From a virus, in the IMG/VR virus record IMGVR_UViG_3300005683_000016, positions 64,001 to 128,000 of that record: a stretch of DNA of 64,000 bases; one strand, 5' to 3'. Shown here one piece after another: positions 26,023 to 37,284 of the stretch; the first letter of the stretch is position 1; every line of letters starts with the position of its first letter. Below the pieces are notes generated by a model that saw only the letters and a program-made list of their open reading frames with translations, had not been told where the DNA came from and did no database searches. The translations under genes were made by a program, and so were the position numbers.

Positions 26023-26973
26023 ATGAAAGATAAACGAGTATTAGTTACTGGAATAGGATCTATAGGATCTGAGGTTGTTCGACAAATTTGTTTTAATGGA
26101 GCAGATACTGTTATTCTATTTGATAGAAACGAGGAGAAAATCTTTTACCTTGAAAGAGAGATCAATAAAGACTATCCTAATATCAAAGTAATCCCTCGAA
26201 TAGGATCAATTACTGACAAGAAGAGAGTGGATATGATATTTGAGGAAACTCGGCCTCAAATAGTTATTCACACAGCAGCAATGAAACACGTTCCCCTTTG
26301 TGAGGAAAACCCTCACGAATGTATTATTAATAACGTAGGAGGAACTAAAAACTTAGTTGAAGTTTCAGTTAAATACAATGTGGAGCAATTCTTTTTCATC
26401 TCTACAGATAAGGCAGTGCAACCCATATCTGTAATGGGTATGAGTAAACGGTTATGTGAGTTATTTATTATGTCTATTTGGGACAGATACTTAACTAAAT
26501 TTACTATTGTAAGATTTGGTAATGTATATGGATCAAGTGGTAGTGTAATTGAAATATTTAAAAAACAACTTCCCACAGGAGTTCTTACAGTAACTCATCC
26601 AGAAATGGAACGTTACTTTATTAGTGTAGAAGAAGCAGTTTACAAGTTGATTAGAATTAAAGAGTCTGGACTATATGTTCTCAATATGGGAAAACCAGTA
26701 AATATTTTCAATCTTGCTAATCAACTAATAGAAGCATCTGGTAAACCCTGTAAAATAGAAATTACTGGAATAAGGCCCGGTGAAAAACTTAAAGAAAAAC
26801 TTTTGTATAATTATGAAGTTTCCAACAATAATAAAGATGTAATGCGAATAGCAAACACATATCCTTTTAATAAAGGAGATGATTATTTAAACATCTGTCT
26901 TCTAATAAATGATTGTGATAATATGAGTAAAGAAAACCTATTGATTGAAATAGACGAGATTATCAATGGATAA
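26023..26973 (+). CDS. UDP-GlcNAc 4,6-dehydratase-like (CapD/PglF, extended SDR)
   Basis: VLVTGIGSIGSE, HTAAMKHVP, ISTDKAV, VRFGNVYGSSGSV, RPGEKL. Confidence 0.9.
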   Translation: MKDKRVLVTGIGSIGSEVVRQICFNGADTVILFDRNEEKIFYLEREINKDYPNIKVIPRIGSITDKKRVDMIFEETRPQIVIHTAAMKHVPLCEENPHECIINNVGGTKNLVEVSVKYNVEQFFFISTDKAVQPISVMGMSKRLCELFIMSIWDRYLTKFTIVRFGNVYGSSGSVIEIFKKQLPTGVLTVTHPEMERYFISVEEAVYKLIRIKESGLYVLNMGKPVNIFNLANQLIEASGKPCKIEITGIRPGEKLKEKLLYNYEVSNNNKDVMRIANTYPFNKGDDYLNICLLINDCDNMSKENLLIEIDEIING

Positions 26974-27110
26974 AGAAATTTTAATTCTGGCTGAAAGATT
27001 AGCAACAGTGACCCAACGTGTATTATCTGCTAATATATGTAACTTAAGTTACAGATTATTTGAATTAGAACAAGCATTAAACGAATACAATAAAATAATA
27101 GAAATAAGTA

Positions 27111-27683
27111 ATGAAAGCAAAAATCAGTAAAACTGGATATTGGGAAGGAGATAAAGCCCATATTCACCATGCGCATTCTAAAGAATTGGCAGAGTACATT
27201 ACCACTATTTTACGAGGTGCAGAAAACGATCCTATTTATGATTTAGGTTGTGGACAAGGATATTATCTTAAACACCTTGAAGACAACGGGTTTAAATATC
27301 TCCTCGGATTTGAGGGAGAAGTTCCTGCTAAAAAATTCTTTATCAATATTATTCAGCAAGATCTTGCTCAAGACTTAGATATTCCTGTTAAAGGACATGT
27401 CATTTGTCTTGAAGTTCTTGAGCATATTCCTCAAGAATATGAAAAAAAAGTCGTTAACAACATTAAAGATGCAATAGGATTAGATTGTCTGTTAATTCTT
27501 TCTTGGGCTGTAGAAGGTCAAGAGGGTTATGGACACGTTAACTGTCGTAACAATGATTATGTTATTGATTTGTTTGAGCGTAAAGGATTTAAATACTTAC
27601 CCTATCTTTCTAACAAAGCACGAGAATCAGTAGGTGATGATACTCCTTGGTTTCGTAACACTCTAATGATTTTTAAAAAATGA
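27111..27683 (+). CDS. Class I SAM-dependent methyltransferase
   Basis: YDLGCGQG, CLEVLEHI, GYGHVN. Confidence 0.85.
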   Translation: MKAKISKTGYWEGDKAHIHHAHSKELAEYITTILRGAENDPIYDLGCGQGYYLKHLEDNGFKYLLGFEGEVPAKKFFINIIQQDLAQDLDIPVKGHVICLEVLEHIPQEYEKKVVNNIKDAIGLDCLLILSWAVEGQEGYGHVNCRNNDYVIDLFERKGFKYLPYLSNKARESVGDDTPWFRNTLMIFKK

Positions 27684-28267
27684 GATATTTAGCAAGACTG
27701 TTTAAGTTTCATTGGATGCTTTTTAGAAAGCATAATAAAAGCATCTGGAGTAGGGAGAGTGTTTCGGAGTTGAACATACCTATTCCTTGGTATACTTATG
27801 GAGCCATTTACTTCTTAATGAGGATAAATGCCGAGAATATATTTGAATACGGCTGTGGAAACTCTACTCTTTTTTGGAGTAAAAGATGTAAAAATCTTTA
27901 CTTTGTAGAGCACGATTCCAAATGGTTTGAAAAAATCATAGAAAAGTGTCCAAAAAACGTAGAGGGATACGAAACCTCTAATTTGAGTGTGGCTTATCCA
28001 AACTCGATCTCTATACCAGAGAAAAAGTTTGACATGATAATAATTGACGGAGAAGAAAGAATGAGATGTGCAGCGGTCTGTATTCCTTACCTTTCTGAAA
28101 ATGGAGTAATCGTTCTTGACAACTCCGACAGATTTCTCGAAGTATCTTTTTTCCTACAAGGAGAAGGATTTGTAGAAATTCCTTTTAAGGGTATTGGGCC
28201 TATCAATGAGTATGAGTGGACTACCAGTGTGTTTGTTAAGAACCTTAATTTATGGAAGATAGCATAA
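27680..28267 (+). CDS. Class I SAM-dependent methyltransferase
   Basis: IFEYGCGNST, VEHD, FDMIIIDG, VLDNS. Confidence 0.85.
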   Translation: MRYLARLFKFHWMLFRKHNKSIWSRESVSELNIPIPWYTYGAIYFLMRINAENIFEYGCGNSTLFWSKRCKNLYFVEHDSKWFEKIIEKCPKNVEGYETSNLSVAYPNSISIPEKKFDMIIIDGEERMRCAAVCIPYLSENGVIVLDNSDRFLEVSFFLQGEGFVEIPFKGIGPINEYEWTTSVFVKNLNLWKIA

Positions 28268-28268
28268 T

Positions 28269-29912
28269 ATGTACAGAATTCTTGCTATAGGAAAGATGAA
28301 AGGAGGTTCGGTTTATCACAGACTGAACCTTCTAAAGTATTCTAACTATTCGGTAGACTTTGTTGATCAAATGGATATACAACTGGTTCAAAAGTATGAC
28401 CTTTTGTATATCCGTCAAAGTAATGTAAAGGCTGCTACTTTAAGTATGTGGCAGTCTTTGTTTGGACTTAAGATAATTGTAGATAGGGACGATTCTTTTA
28501 TTATTCCTAAAGATTACCCTAACAAACACTTGTTTAAAGATCAAGAAGATCTCAAAGATTTACTTAGAGTAGCAGATTGTGTAACTACTACTACGGAGTT
28601 CTTAAAGAAAGAATTCTTAGAATACAACGAGAACGTACAAGTGATTCCTAATCGAATCCCTTATGGGAGGGAACAGTTTCAGATTAACCCTGAAACCAAA
28701 GAGCAATTTATGTCTCGTAAGATTCGAGTAGGATTGGTGGGATCATTCTATCACCATCAAGATTGGTTTTCAATTAAGGGTTGGTTGATGACCCTTACGC
28801 GAAATCAGTGGTTTCGAGAAAATTGTGAGTTTTTGTTGTGTGGATATGACGAATCTACCAAACTATTCTGGAAAGATCTTGAATCTTTGGGAAGATTAGT
28901 TAACGCAAGAAAAGATGTTACTGACTATATAAGTCTTTATAACAATCTGGACATAATTCTCTGCCCTCTTAAAGATAATCACTTTAACAGAGCCAAGTCT
29001 TCACTTAGAATAATGGAGGCAGGAGTTTCTAACTCTTTGTGTCTATTGAGTCCTTTATACAAAGAGAAGGGAGATTTTCCTGACTGTGGACACATTTACA
29101 TTAACGAAGAGAAAGAATGGTTTACCAAAACTCTTGAAGTCTGTCAGAATAAAGAGTTGTTGTGGAACCTAAAGAGCGAAACTGGTGTAAAAGCAAGGGA
29201 AGTCCTTTTTACTAATACAATAGAATTGAGAGATTCTCTTATTGACTTTGTTATTTATCTTCCAAAAGATGAAATAACCAACAACCTTTACACTATCAGA
29301 TATTCTCAAGAACAACCTTATGAGTACATCCCCGTACTCAATAAGATCAAAACCGTTGAACAAAAGAGTTGGAGATTTGAGTACAATATTATCATCAACT
29401 TAATCAATGATGTTGATAATAACAAACAATGGACAGGGTTTTTCTCTTGGAAGTTTCCTATCAAGACTCATCTTTTTAGAAAGAAGGTAGAGAAAATCTT
29501 AGATGAGAAATACGACTGTATCAATTTTTGTAGACCTTTAAAAGATCCTTACTTAAAGTTTACAGAAAGAGCACATCCTGGATTTATGAATCTTTTTAAA
29601 TTGATTTGTAAAGACTTGAACCTTCCTGTGAGTGAACCTAAGAACATAATTTATTCTAATTTTTTTGTACTTAAAACTCCATTATATAAAAGGTACGTCC
29701 AAGAAGTTTTAATTCCTGCTCTCTATCTCTTAGAAGGTAAGTATTGGAACTGGGCAAACAAAGATGCTCAGTATAAATCAGGACTTCCTTCCGATAAACT
29801 TAAAATGTACACAGGGTTAGAATATTATAATTTTGTAACTTTTATCTGTGAACGTCTTATAGGACAGTGGATTGAGAAAAATAATATCAAAACATTAAAC
29901 TGTTTTAAATGA
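28269..29912 (+). CDS. GT-B fold glycosyltransferase fused to a second domain
   Basis: VDRDD, VTTTTEFL, PLKDNHFNRAKSSLRIME; C-terminal SNFFV...FICER domain. Confidence 0.75.
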   Translation: MYRILAIGKMKGGSVYHRLNLLKYSNYSVDFVDQMDIQLVQKYDLLYIRQSNVKAATLSMWQSLFGLKIIVDRDDSFIIPKDYPNKHLFKDQEDLKDLLRVADCVTTTTEFLKKEFLEYNENVQVIPNRIPYGREQFQINPETKEQFMSRKIRVGLVGSFYHHQDWFSIKGWLMTLTRNQWFRENCEFLLCGYDESTKLFWKDLESLGRLVNARKDVTDYISLYNNLDIILCPLKDNHFNRAKSSLRIMEAGVSNSLCLLSPLYKEKGDFPDCGHIYINEEKEWFTKTLEVCQNKELLWNLKSETGVKAREVLFTNTIELRDSLIDFVIYLPKDEITNNLYTIRYSQEQPYEYIPVLNKIKTVEQKSWRFEYNIIINLINDVDNNKQWTGFFSWKFPIKTHLFRKKVEKILDEKYDCINFCRPLKDPYLKFTERAHPGFMNLFKLICKDLNLPVSEPKNIIYSNFFVLKTPLYKRYVQEVLIPALYLLEGKYWNWANKDAQYKSGLPSDKLKMYTGLEYYNFVTFICERLIGQWIEKNNIKTLNCFK

Positions 29913-30062
29913 TAGGTAAATATACTGATGTTGAGTTTACATCTATATGTCAAAAAGCACCTTGGTATCATATAGATTACATTAAAAAAACTGCTGTTGT
30001 TCAATATGGGAAAAACACTTTAAACTATTATAAACAAGAATCGGATTATAATTGGACTAATT

Positions 30063-30527
30063 ATGCGTGTAGAACAAAGTAAATTTACTATAAAAAAGAT
30101 AATTGAAGAGTTAGAAAAAAGACCCACCTTTTATCAGAAAAAAAAATTTTTAAAAGAACACAATTTTAAAATTTATCAAGGTTATAGTAGAGCAGTTATT
30201 CAGGTAAGTAAACATAAGGTTTTAAAAATAGCAAAAGACAACGAAGATGTTTTTCAGAATAGACAAGAAGTAGAAAATTGGGTTTACGGTACTAAAAAAC
30301 AACGCAAATATTTAGCAACAATTTATAGTTATGATAATAATTATAAATGGTTACTTATGGAGAAAGTAAAACCTTGTAAACGCAGTACTTCGGAAAAACT
30401 TATAAGAGAAAATAATAACTTACATAACATTTTTTGGCATGAATTAGACGCAGACCCTTGGGAAACAGTGCGTCAATGTGGTTTTAACAAAAGAGGAAAA
30501 CTAAAAGTATATGATTACGGTTATTAA
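30063..30527 (+). CDS. Protein-kinase-like fold protein (atypical catalytic loop)
   Basis: GYSRAV, VLKIA, QN..E, WLLMEKV, YDYG. Confidence 0.6.
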   Translation: MRVEQSKFTIKKIIEELEKRPTFYQKKKFLKEHNFKIYQGYSRAVIQVSKHKVLKIAKDNEDVFQNRQEVENWVYGTKKQRKYLATIYSYDNNYKWLLMEKVKPCKRSTSEKLIRENNNLHNIFWHELDADPWETVRQCGFNKRGKLKVYDYGY

Positions 30528-30773
30528 CTAACATATTAAACTGTTTTAAATGATTGAACAAAAATTAGATTTTGAGCGCATCACTTTTTCTGATGAATTC
30601 AACACAGAAATAGCTGTTGGAATTGATTACCTTAGTAAAGAGGCTGAATTCATAACATCCAAAACGACATATAGAATACCTACTCACACAGGTACAATCT
30701 TAGCATTTAAACAAGAAATATCATTACTTTTAGTAGTAATCAAAACTGTTGAACAAAAATTAAATAATGTAGA

Positions 30774-31253
30774 ATGAAAAAACTTTTCTTTTTAGTATTG
30801 CTCGTACCTTTTATTTCGTGTCAACCAGATACGATTTCTCGTCAAGTTGTAGTTCCTGCTACTCTTGAAACAGTTAAAACCCATCAAGAAGGGTTTAACG
30901 TAGTAACCACTCTACAACTTCTTAAAGATAGTGTATCTGTTTGGAGTAACTGTAAGATCGTTCAAGATGAGGTTATGTCTGATAAGACAGACTTCATTCA
31001 TAAAGTAGATCGTACAGTATGCTCTAAGTACGAAGGAATTTATTACGCTTACAAAGGTGTTCTTATTGCTGAAATGAACGGTACTCAGACTCCTTTGGAA
31101 ATCGTATTTATTTCCAAGTCCTTGCTCGGTAAAGAAGATTTGATTGATGACGGTATCGGAACTTATGTTAAAGTTCGTGCTGTTCAAGATTTTGAACTAA
31201 CAAATTGGCCTTCTAATACCAGTGATAAAATCTTTGTATATGAAGAAAATTAA
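30774..31253 (+). CDS. Lipoprotein
   Basis: Lipobox FISC. Confidence 0.65.
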   Translation: MKKLFFLVLLVPFISCQPDTISRQVVVPATLETVKTHQEGFNVVTTLQLLKDSVSVWSNCKIVQDEVMSDKTDFIHKVDRTVCSKYEGIYYAYKGVLIAEMNGTQTPLEIVFISKSLLGKEDLIDDGIGTYVKVRAVQDFELTNWPSNTSDKIFVYEEN

Positions 31254-31433
31254 TTGGTTAAGAGTAAGTGCTTGGTGTATTGGATTGCTGTTGGTAGGAA
31301 TTTATATCAATGGCTGCACCAAGAAATACAAAGCAGAGAAAGAGCATCAAACTATTGATGCTAAAAAAGCATACAGAATTACTATTAAAAGGGCTATGAA
31401 TATGGCTCGAAAATAAAAAACAATTTTAATCCG

Positions 31434-33362
31434 ATGAAGAAACAGTTAATTGATATAGAGGTGTTTAGAAATTATTTCCTTTTAGGAATTAAAGATTACA
31501 ACACCAAACAATTAATAAGCATTGAGGTTTCTCCTTGGAAAGACGAGCGAGAAACCTTAATTAACTGGTTAAATACCAACAATGGATTTGTGATCTCATT
31601 TAACGGGATACATTATGATAACATGGTTCTTGCTTATATAAAGCAAGATTGGGATTTAATCAAATATCTGGATGCAGAAAATTTTTGCAATCAAATTAAA
31701 ATATTTTCTGATAAAGTAATTAATTCAGATTCTTATTGGGAAGAACTTAAGCCTTATAAGTATGTATTTTCTAAGCAATGGACAGATATAGACCTATATT
31801 TATATTGGGCACAGATGCTTAGAATGAGTAAAAAAATATCTCTTAAAGGTTTAGGAATTCAAATGGGTTATCCTGTTGTAATGGAACTTCCTTACGAACC
31901 AGAAACAATTCTAACTCAATCAGAATCTGAAGAGATTAAAATTTATAACCTTCAACACGATTTAGGTATTCTTGATTTACTTACTCTTCAATTTGAAGGT
32001 AAAGGTAGTATACCTCTTGGGGCATTAGGAACCATTCAGTTAAGACACCAAGTAGTTAAAGATTATAAAATTAACGCTTGGTCTATGGATGGGCCAAAAA
32101 TAGCATCTGAAACTCTCCTTGATACTTATTGTAAAATCACCAAAAAAGACAAACAAGAAGTAAGAAGGTTAAGATTTGATAGACCCACAATAAAATTTCG
32201 AGATATTTTAACAGATATTAATCCTGAGTTTCAAGCACCTGAATTTAAACAAGTGTATGAAAAGTGGTTAAATGCTGTTGATACTTTTAGTACAGAATTT
32301 ATTACAGGTACAAAAAATCATCCAATAAAAATTTCTGTTGGTGTAGGTGGAATACACAGTATAAACAAGAACGAAATATACGAATCCAATGACGAGTATA
32401 TTATTGTTACTGACGATATATCTGCTATGTATCCAACTAATATTGAAAACTGGAAAGCATTTAGATTTTCTGAAGTATTAGAAACTTATGTAGGATTTAA
32501 ACACAAACGAATACATGAGTCAAAACCCGGAATGAAAAAATACCCTAAAGGATCTCCAGAATGGACAGATTTTTATCAAAAAGATTTGTTCTTTAAACTT
32601 GTGTTAAATGGAACATCAGGATTAATTGACATGGAACACTCATGGTTATATAATCCTCCAGGTATAATGAAAGTAAGATGTGGGGGTCAATTAATTTTAA
32701 TGTACTTGATAGAACAATGTATTATTAATAACATTGATGTTATTAGCACAAACACGGACGGAGTAGAAGTAAAAGTTAAAAAATCAGACTTTGACCTCTA
32801 CTTGTCTTTAGTAAAAAAAACTGAAGAAAAATTCAACGTTACCTTTGAAAGAGAAATCTATAAAAAAATCATTTATAGTAACGTTAATAACTATCTGGCA
32901 GTATTAGAAAATGGATCTCTAAAGAAAAAAGGTCATTTTGTTACCTTACCAGAGTTAGGTAACTCAGTAGACTTTCTTGTTATACCCAAATGTCTCGAAC
33001 TCTATTTTACTAAAGGAATAAAACCAGAAGAAGTTCTTGATGATCCAGTTAAATACAATTTACACATTTATGATTTTTGTGCTGCTTTTAAATGTTCTAA
33101 GCAATATACAGTATTGTGGAACAACCAAAAGCAACAAAGACTAAACCGTTTCTATGTAAAGAAAAACGCTCCCTATTTATATAAACTAAAAAACACTAAA
33201 GATAAACCAGACAACATGTTAAAAGGATGGGGAGTCCAACTTTATAACAACCATGTAGAACAATCGTTTGAAAATTATCAAATAAATAAAACCTTTTATC
33301 TTTCTAAGATTAATGAGATAATTGGAGATTTAGAACATCACAATCAACTACAACTATTTTAA
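31434..33362 (+). CDS. polB: Family B DNA polymerase
   Basis: DIE, FNGIHYD, DISAMYP, KLVLNGTSG, NTDG. Confidence 0.92.
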   Translation: MKKQLIDIEVFRNYFLLGIKDYNTKQLISIEVSPWKDERETLINWLNTNNGFVISFNGIHYDNMVLAYIKQDWDLIKYLDAENFCNQIKIFSDKVINSDSYWEELKPYKYVFSKQWTDIDLYLYWAQMLRMSKKISLKGLGIQMGYPVVMELPYEPETILTQSESEEIKIYNLQHDLGILDLLTLQFEGKGSIPLGALGTIQLRHQVVKDYKINAWSMDGPKIASETLLDTYCKITKKDKQEVRRLRFDRPTIKFRDILTDINPEFQAPEFKQVYEKWLNAVDTFSTEFITGTKNHPIKISVGVGGIHSINKNEIYESNDEYIIVTDDISAMYPTNIENWKAFRFSEVLETYVGFKHKRIHESKPGMKKYPKGSPEWTDFYQKDLFFKLVLNGTSGLIDMEHSWLYNPPGIMKVRCGGQLILMYLIEQCIINNIDVISTNTDGVEVKVKKSDFDLYLSLVKKTEEKFNVTFEREIYKKIIYSNVNNYLAVLENGSLKKKGHFVTLPELGNSVDFLVIPKCLELYFTKGIKPEEVLDDPVKYNLHIYDFCAAFKCSKQYTVLWNNQKQQRLNRFYVKKNAPYLYKLKNTKDKPDNMLKGWGVQLYNNHVEQSFENYQINKTFYLSKINEIIGDLEHHNQLQLF

Positions 33363-33539
33363 TGAAAAAAGAAACTAAATTCAGAGATTCTCTTCAACAT
33401 GAAGAAAGTAAAATAGTCTATGATGTCTTAATGGAGCACATAAACGAACTTAAAGATGAAGTTACTCTCTTAAAACTAAAAATCGCTTTAGGTAGTCAAT
33501 ATGAAATAGTAAAGCATAACTTTCAAACTACCATGTAAT

Positions 33540-35014
33540 ATGAAAATAATAGATATTTCAAAGTTTACAGATACTACTACAGTAGCAGAGATTAAAGAAC
33601 ATATTAAATTAGAAGAAAAAGAAAAAAGTAAACAAGAAAAAGAGCATCAAGAACTTTTAGATTCTTTTATAGGAAAATATATATTTTGCAATCACAACGG
33701 AACTCACGGGTTTGTAACTAAACTTACAGAATGGAATAGAGAACATGATATGATCTCAATTACTAACAGTGGGTTTCATTACGAAAAAGGTTCAGTAAGT
33801 CAAAATTGGATAGATAGTATTAAAGTAATCACAGAGGAACAATATCTTGAAGTAGACCGACTTGCTCAAGAAGTTAAAAAATTAAGAAATAGTATAACAC
33901 TTTTTAACAAATAATAAATGGCACAAATAAAATATTTTGACAAAACCCTTGATGAGATATTGGAAATTATTTCTGATATTAATGAAGAACTCCAAACGTG
34001 GCTTATTACACCAGATGACTGGTTTTTAGGATTATCTTGTGAGTTTAATGAATGGTGGGCTTCTATTAAATTTCAGGATGTTGAACTTTTTAACACTGAA
34101 GTAGATGAGAGGAAATACCTTGGTGAAGAAATTGATGACTATGAGGATTTGAAAGATTGTATTAAAAGAGTTCTAAAGGAAAAATTTGCATATTACTCTC
34201 AGTTTAAAATTTAAACAAAATGAATGTTGAAAAACTCATAGAAAGCGATGAGTATTTTAAAGGTTGTTCTTCTTTGATGCTACTTATCAAAAAAGACATT
34301 ATTGAATTTGCAAAAGCCTATGCCAAACAAATGTGTGACAAGCAACGCAAGATTTGTAGTGACAGATTTTGTGACTACAAGAAACTTGACACACACGACA
34401 TTTATATTCCAGATATTATCAGTAACTCACCTTATCCAGAAGAATTAAATATATAACAATGTATAAAGAACAAGAAATTAACGATCTAAGAGAAGTTCTT
34501 CTTCAAAAAGGAATAGTAACAGAGGAAGACCTTATTACTTACCTTAATGTGAGTTCTGTCAAAGACCGAATGGTTCTTACTTACTTAGAACTTACTCGTC
34601 TTTTAGGAGAACGAACAGGTTTCAGTATCGGTCAATCTTTTTTAAGAACTAAAGTTCAAAACGTATTAGATGAAGAATAATTACGCTAAAGTAAAAGACC
34701 TGTCTCCAGATAAAGTGATTCATCTAACTAATACAATGATTCGTGCATGTAGACTGAAAGATCAGTCTCTATATGTACTTAGTCATAAGTTTGAAAAGGA
34801 AGGAAAAATCTGGTTTAAAGGATTTATTTGTTTACCCGATCAACTCTTACAAACTGCTTATTGGTGTGAACAAGTCTTGGTGAACAAAAGTATTATCTTA
34901 GATTTTACTTCTTCTATTAACGTTCCCGTTCTAAAAGGAGGAGTTGATTGTATAATGAATCCTAATAGAGTAGGATTTGGTAATCAGAAGTTGTTAAAAA
35001 CTTATGCTGAATGA
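33540..35014 (+). other. Run of five small hypothetical CDSs (33540, 33918, 34220, 34459, 34670)
   Basis: Tightly packed ORFs, no recognisable motifs. Confidence 0.6.
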
Positions 35015-35295
35015 CACGATTTGAATATGCACAAGAAGTGGCTATGCTTAGTGATAGGTATAGCCACTTTCTTTTAGATCTGGTTCCGAGATTCGGGAAA
35101 AGTTTAATATGTACAGAGTTGATTAAGAGATGGAATCCTGAAAAGATTCTAATCTTAAGTGGAGCAAATTCTACTAATAGTCAGTGGATTGAAAATCTTG
35201 AAAAATATAATCCTGATCTTCTTGAGATCACTGACATCTATTGTTATCAGTCTGCCCACAAACTTGAGGACATATATGATGTAATTTGTTTGGAT
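35011..35295 (+). CDS. SF2 (DEAD-box) helicase, exon 1
   Basis: PRFGKS Walker A; ends VICLD at U of P1. Confidence 0.85.
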
Positions 35296-36333
35296 AAGTT
35301 GCTTTGTCCAATTAAAACCTATTTAACTCAGGGAAACTCCTAATGGTTTATATACCAACTTTTCATAGTAATATAGAAAAGGGCTGAACTAACTACTCAG
35401 ATATGGTAAAAAGTGTAAACATAGATGTAAATCTTAATGGACAATCCTGATCCAAGCGTCTTTAAAGAAAGATGAAGGAGCAACGACTATCCCGGAAGGG
35501 AGTACACTTAATAATTTAAGTGGAAAAGGTAGGAATTTTATATACGCAAAACTTATTTTTGCATCTTAATATAAAACTTAAGATGCAATGAAAAATTATC
35601 AAATTTATTGTTTAAAAGATCCTATATCACTTGAAATACGATATATAGGAGTAACACAACGTTCTTTAAAAGAAAGGTTTTATCAACATTTATGGGAATC
35701 TAAAAACTTAAACGGTACTCATAAAAGACATTGGATTAAAACTCTTCTTTCTGAAAAATTAAAACCTATTATTGAAACAATTGAATATTGTAGTGAAGAT
35801 ACATGGGAAGAGAGAGAACAATATTGGATTTCTCAATACAAAAATCTTACTAATACTAAAGAAGGAGGAACTGGTGTAGTAATAAATAGAGAAATATCTT
35901 CTGTAGAAAGAAGTGCGGCTGCTCATAAAAAACAAATTTGTCAATTAGATCACCAAGGTAAATTTATAAGATTTTGGGACAGTGTGGCCGATGCTGCCAG
36001 AGGACTTAATTCGAAAAAAGATGCTATTTACAGAGCCATTAGGAAACTAAATAACTCTGCGGTGGGCTTTTGTTGGTGTTACCCGCATGAATTAGAAACT
36101 TTTATATCAAAAGTAAAAAATAAAGAAGATCTAATTAGTAATTTTCAAAAAACATACAAGGTGAAAATTATTGACTATGATGGTATTGAACATTACTTTG
36201 ATTCAGCAACAAAAGCAGCAAATCATTTTAAATGTAACGTTTCTTTTATCTCTATGTTACTATCAGGTATAAGAAAATCTAAAAAAATTTTTTTAATCGA
36301 GCGTATATAAAATTAAGATATAGTCTACTGTAG
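35296..36333 (+). mobile_element. Group I intron (IA2-type) with GIY-YIG ORF in P8
   Basis: P1 TTGGAT/GTCCAA with U-G, P10 TGCTTT/GAAGCA, P7 GACTAT/ATAGTC, P7.1, P7.2, P8 AATTTTATATACGC/GCGTATATAAAATT, terminal G; splicing restores D|EAD in frame. Confidence 0.9.
35588..36310 (+). CDS. Intron-encoded GIY-YIG homing endonuclease
   Basis: YQIYCL...IRYIGVT, LTNTKEGG, NUMOD1-like repeats. Confidence 0.85.
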   Translation: MKNYQIYCLKDPISLEIRYIGVTQRSLKERFYQHLWESKNLNGTHKRHWIKTLLSEKLKPIIETIEYCSEDTWEEREQYWISQYKNLTNTKEGGTGVVINREISSVERSAAAHKKQICQLDHQGKFIRFWDSVADAARGLNSKKDAIYRAIRKLNNSAVGFCWCYPHELETFISKVKNKEDLISNFQKTYKVKIIDYDGIEHYFDSATKAANHFKCNVSFISMLLSGIRKSKKIFLIERI

Positions 36334-37284
36334 GAAGCAGACCTTCTTACGACAAATAGATTAGACTATCTCAAAGAGTTAAATCCAAGGCATTGGATTG
36401 GAATGAGTGGAACTCTTGAGGAAGAGCATATAGACTTCTTCAGGTTCTTAACTAAAGGAAAATTCTACCATGCTAAAGTTGAGTTTGAACAAGCAGTTGA
36501 ATGGGGAATATTACCTGCTCCCAAGATTTATTCGGTGAGTCTTCAAATGGACAACACTAAAAGGTATCTTTTATTTGAGAAAGGGAAGGACAAGAAAAAA
36601 AAGAATCTTATCGTTCCTTTTAATGAGAGATGGACTGCTTTTAAGGACAAATCTAAAAATGCTCTGATTCAGTGTACTGAATTAGAATACCATCAGTTGA
36701 TTTGCGAAGAGTTCGAAAAGTGGAAAGGATTCGAATCCGAGTTTGAACTCCCTTACAACGAAAGAAGCGAGTTTATTAGGATGATGCAAACCAAGGGATT
36801 TAATCAAGTCACTTGTCGAGACAAAAAAATGAGAATAGGCAATGACAGAAAGAAGTTTTTTGCAAACATCAAAAACAGATGGTTCACTAAACTTTATACG
36901 CAGTTACCTAAAGGGTCACGGGTGTTGGTTTTCTGCAATGATATTGCACAGGCAGAACTCCTTAACAAAGAGTTCAGTGTGCATTCCAAGAATGATTCAG
37001 AAACCAACGAAAGTCTTATTGAGAGATTTAACAACAAAGAGATTAACGTCTTACACAGCGTTAATTCTTTAGCACGAGGAGTGGATTTTGTAGATGTGGA
37101 CTATTTGATTATAGTTCAGTCTTCTATGAAACAAGGTACTCAGATTCAAAAGTTTGCAAGGAGCGGTCTTAGTATTGCTCCCAAGACTATTCTGATGTAC
37201 TATCCACAGACTCAAGATGAGAAATACGTTAATAAATTTTTAGAACAGTTTAAACCAGAATGGATAATCAGGAAAACACTGTAA
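36334..37284 (+). CDS. SF2 helicase, exon 2
   Basis: EADLL...IGMSGT (motif III), VLVFC, LARGVD; in frame with ATG 36403. Confidence 0.85.
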   Translation, partial: EADLLTTNRLDYLKELNPRHWIGMSGTLEEEHIDFFRFLTKGKFYHAKVEFEQAVEWGILPAPKIYSVSLQMDNTKRYLLFEKGKDKKKKNLIVPFNERWTAFKDKSKNALIQCTELEYHQLICEEFEKWKGFESEFELPYNERSEFIRMMQTKGFNQVTCRDKKMRIGNDRKKFFANIKNRWFTKLYTQLPKGSRVLVFCNDIAQAELLNKEFSVHSKNDSETNESLIERFNNKEINVLHSVNSLARGVDFVDVDYLIIVQSSMKQGTQIQKFARSGLSIAPKTILMYYPQTQDEKYVNKFLEQFKPEWIIRKTL

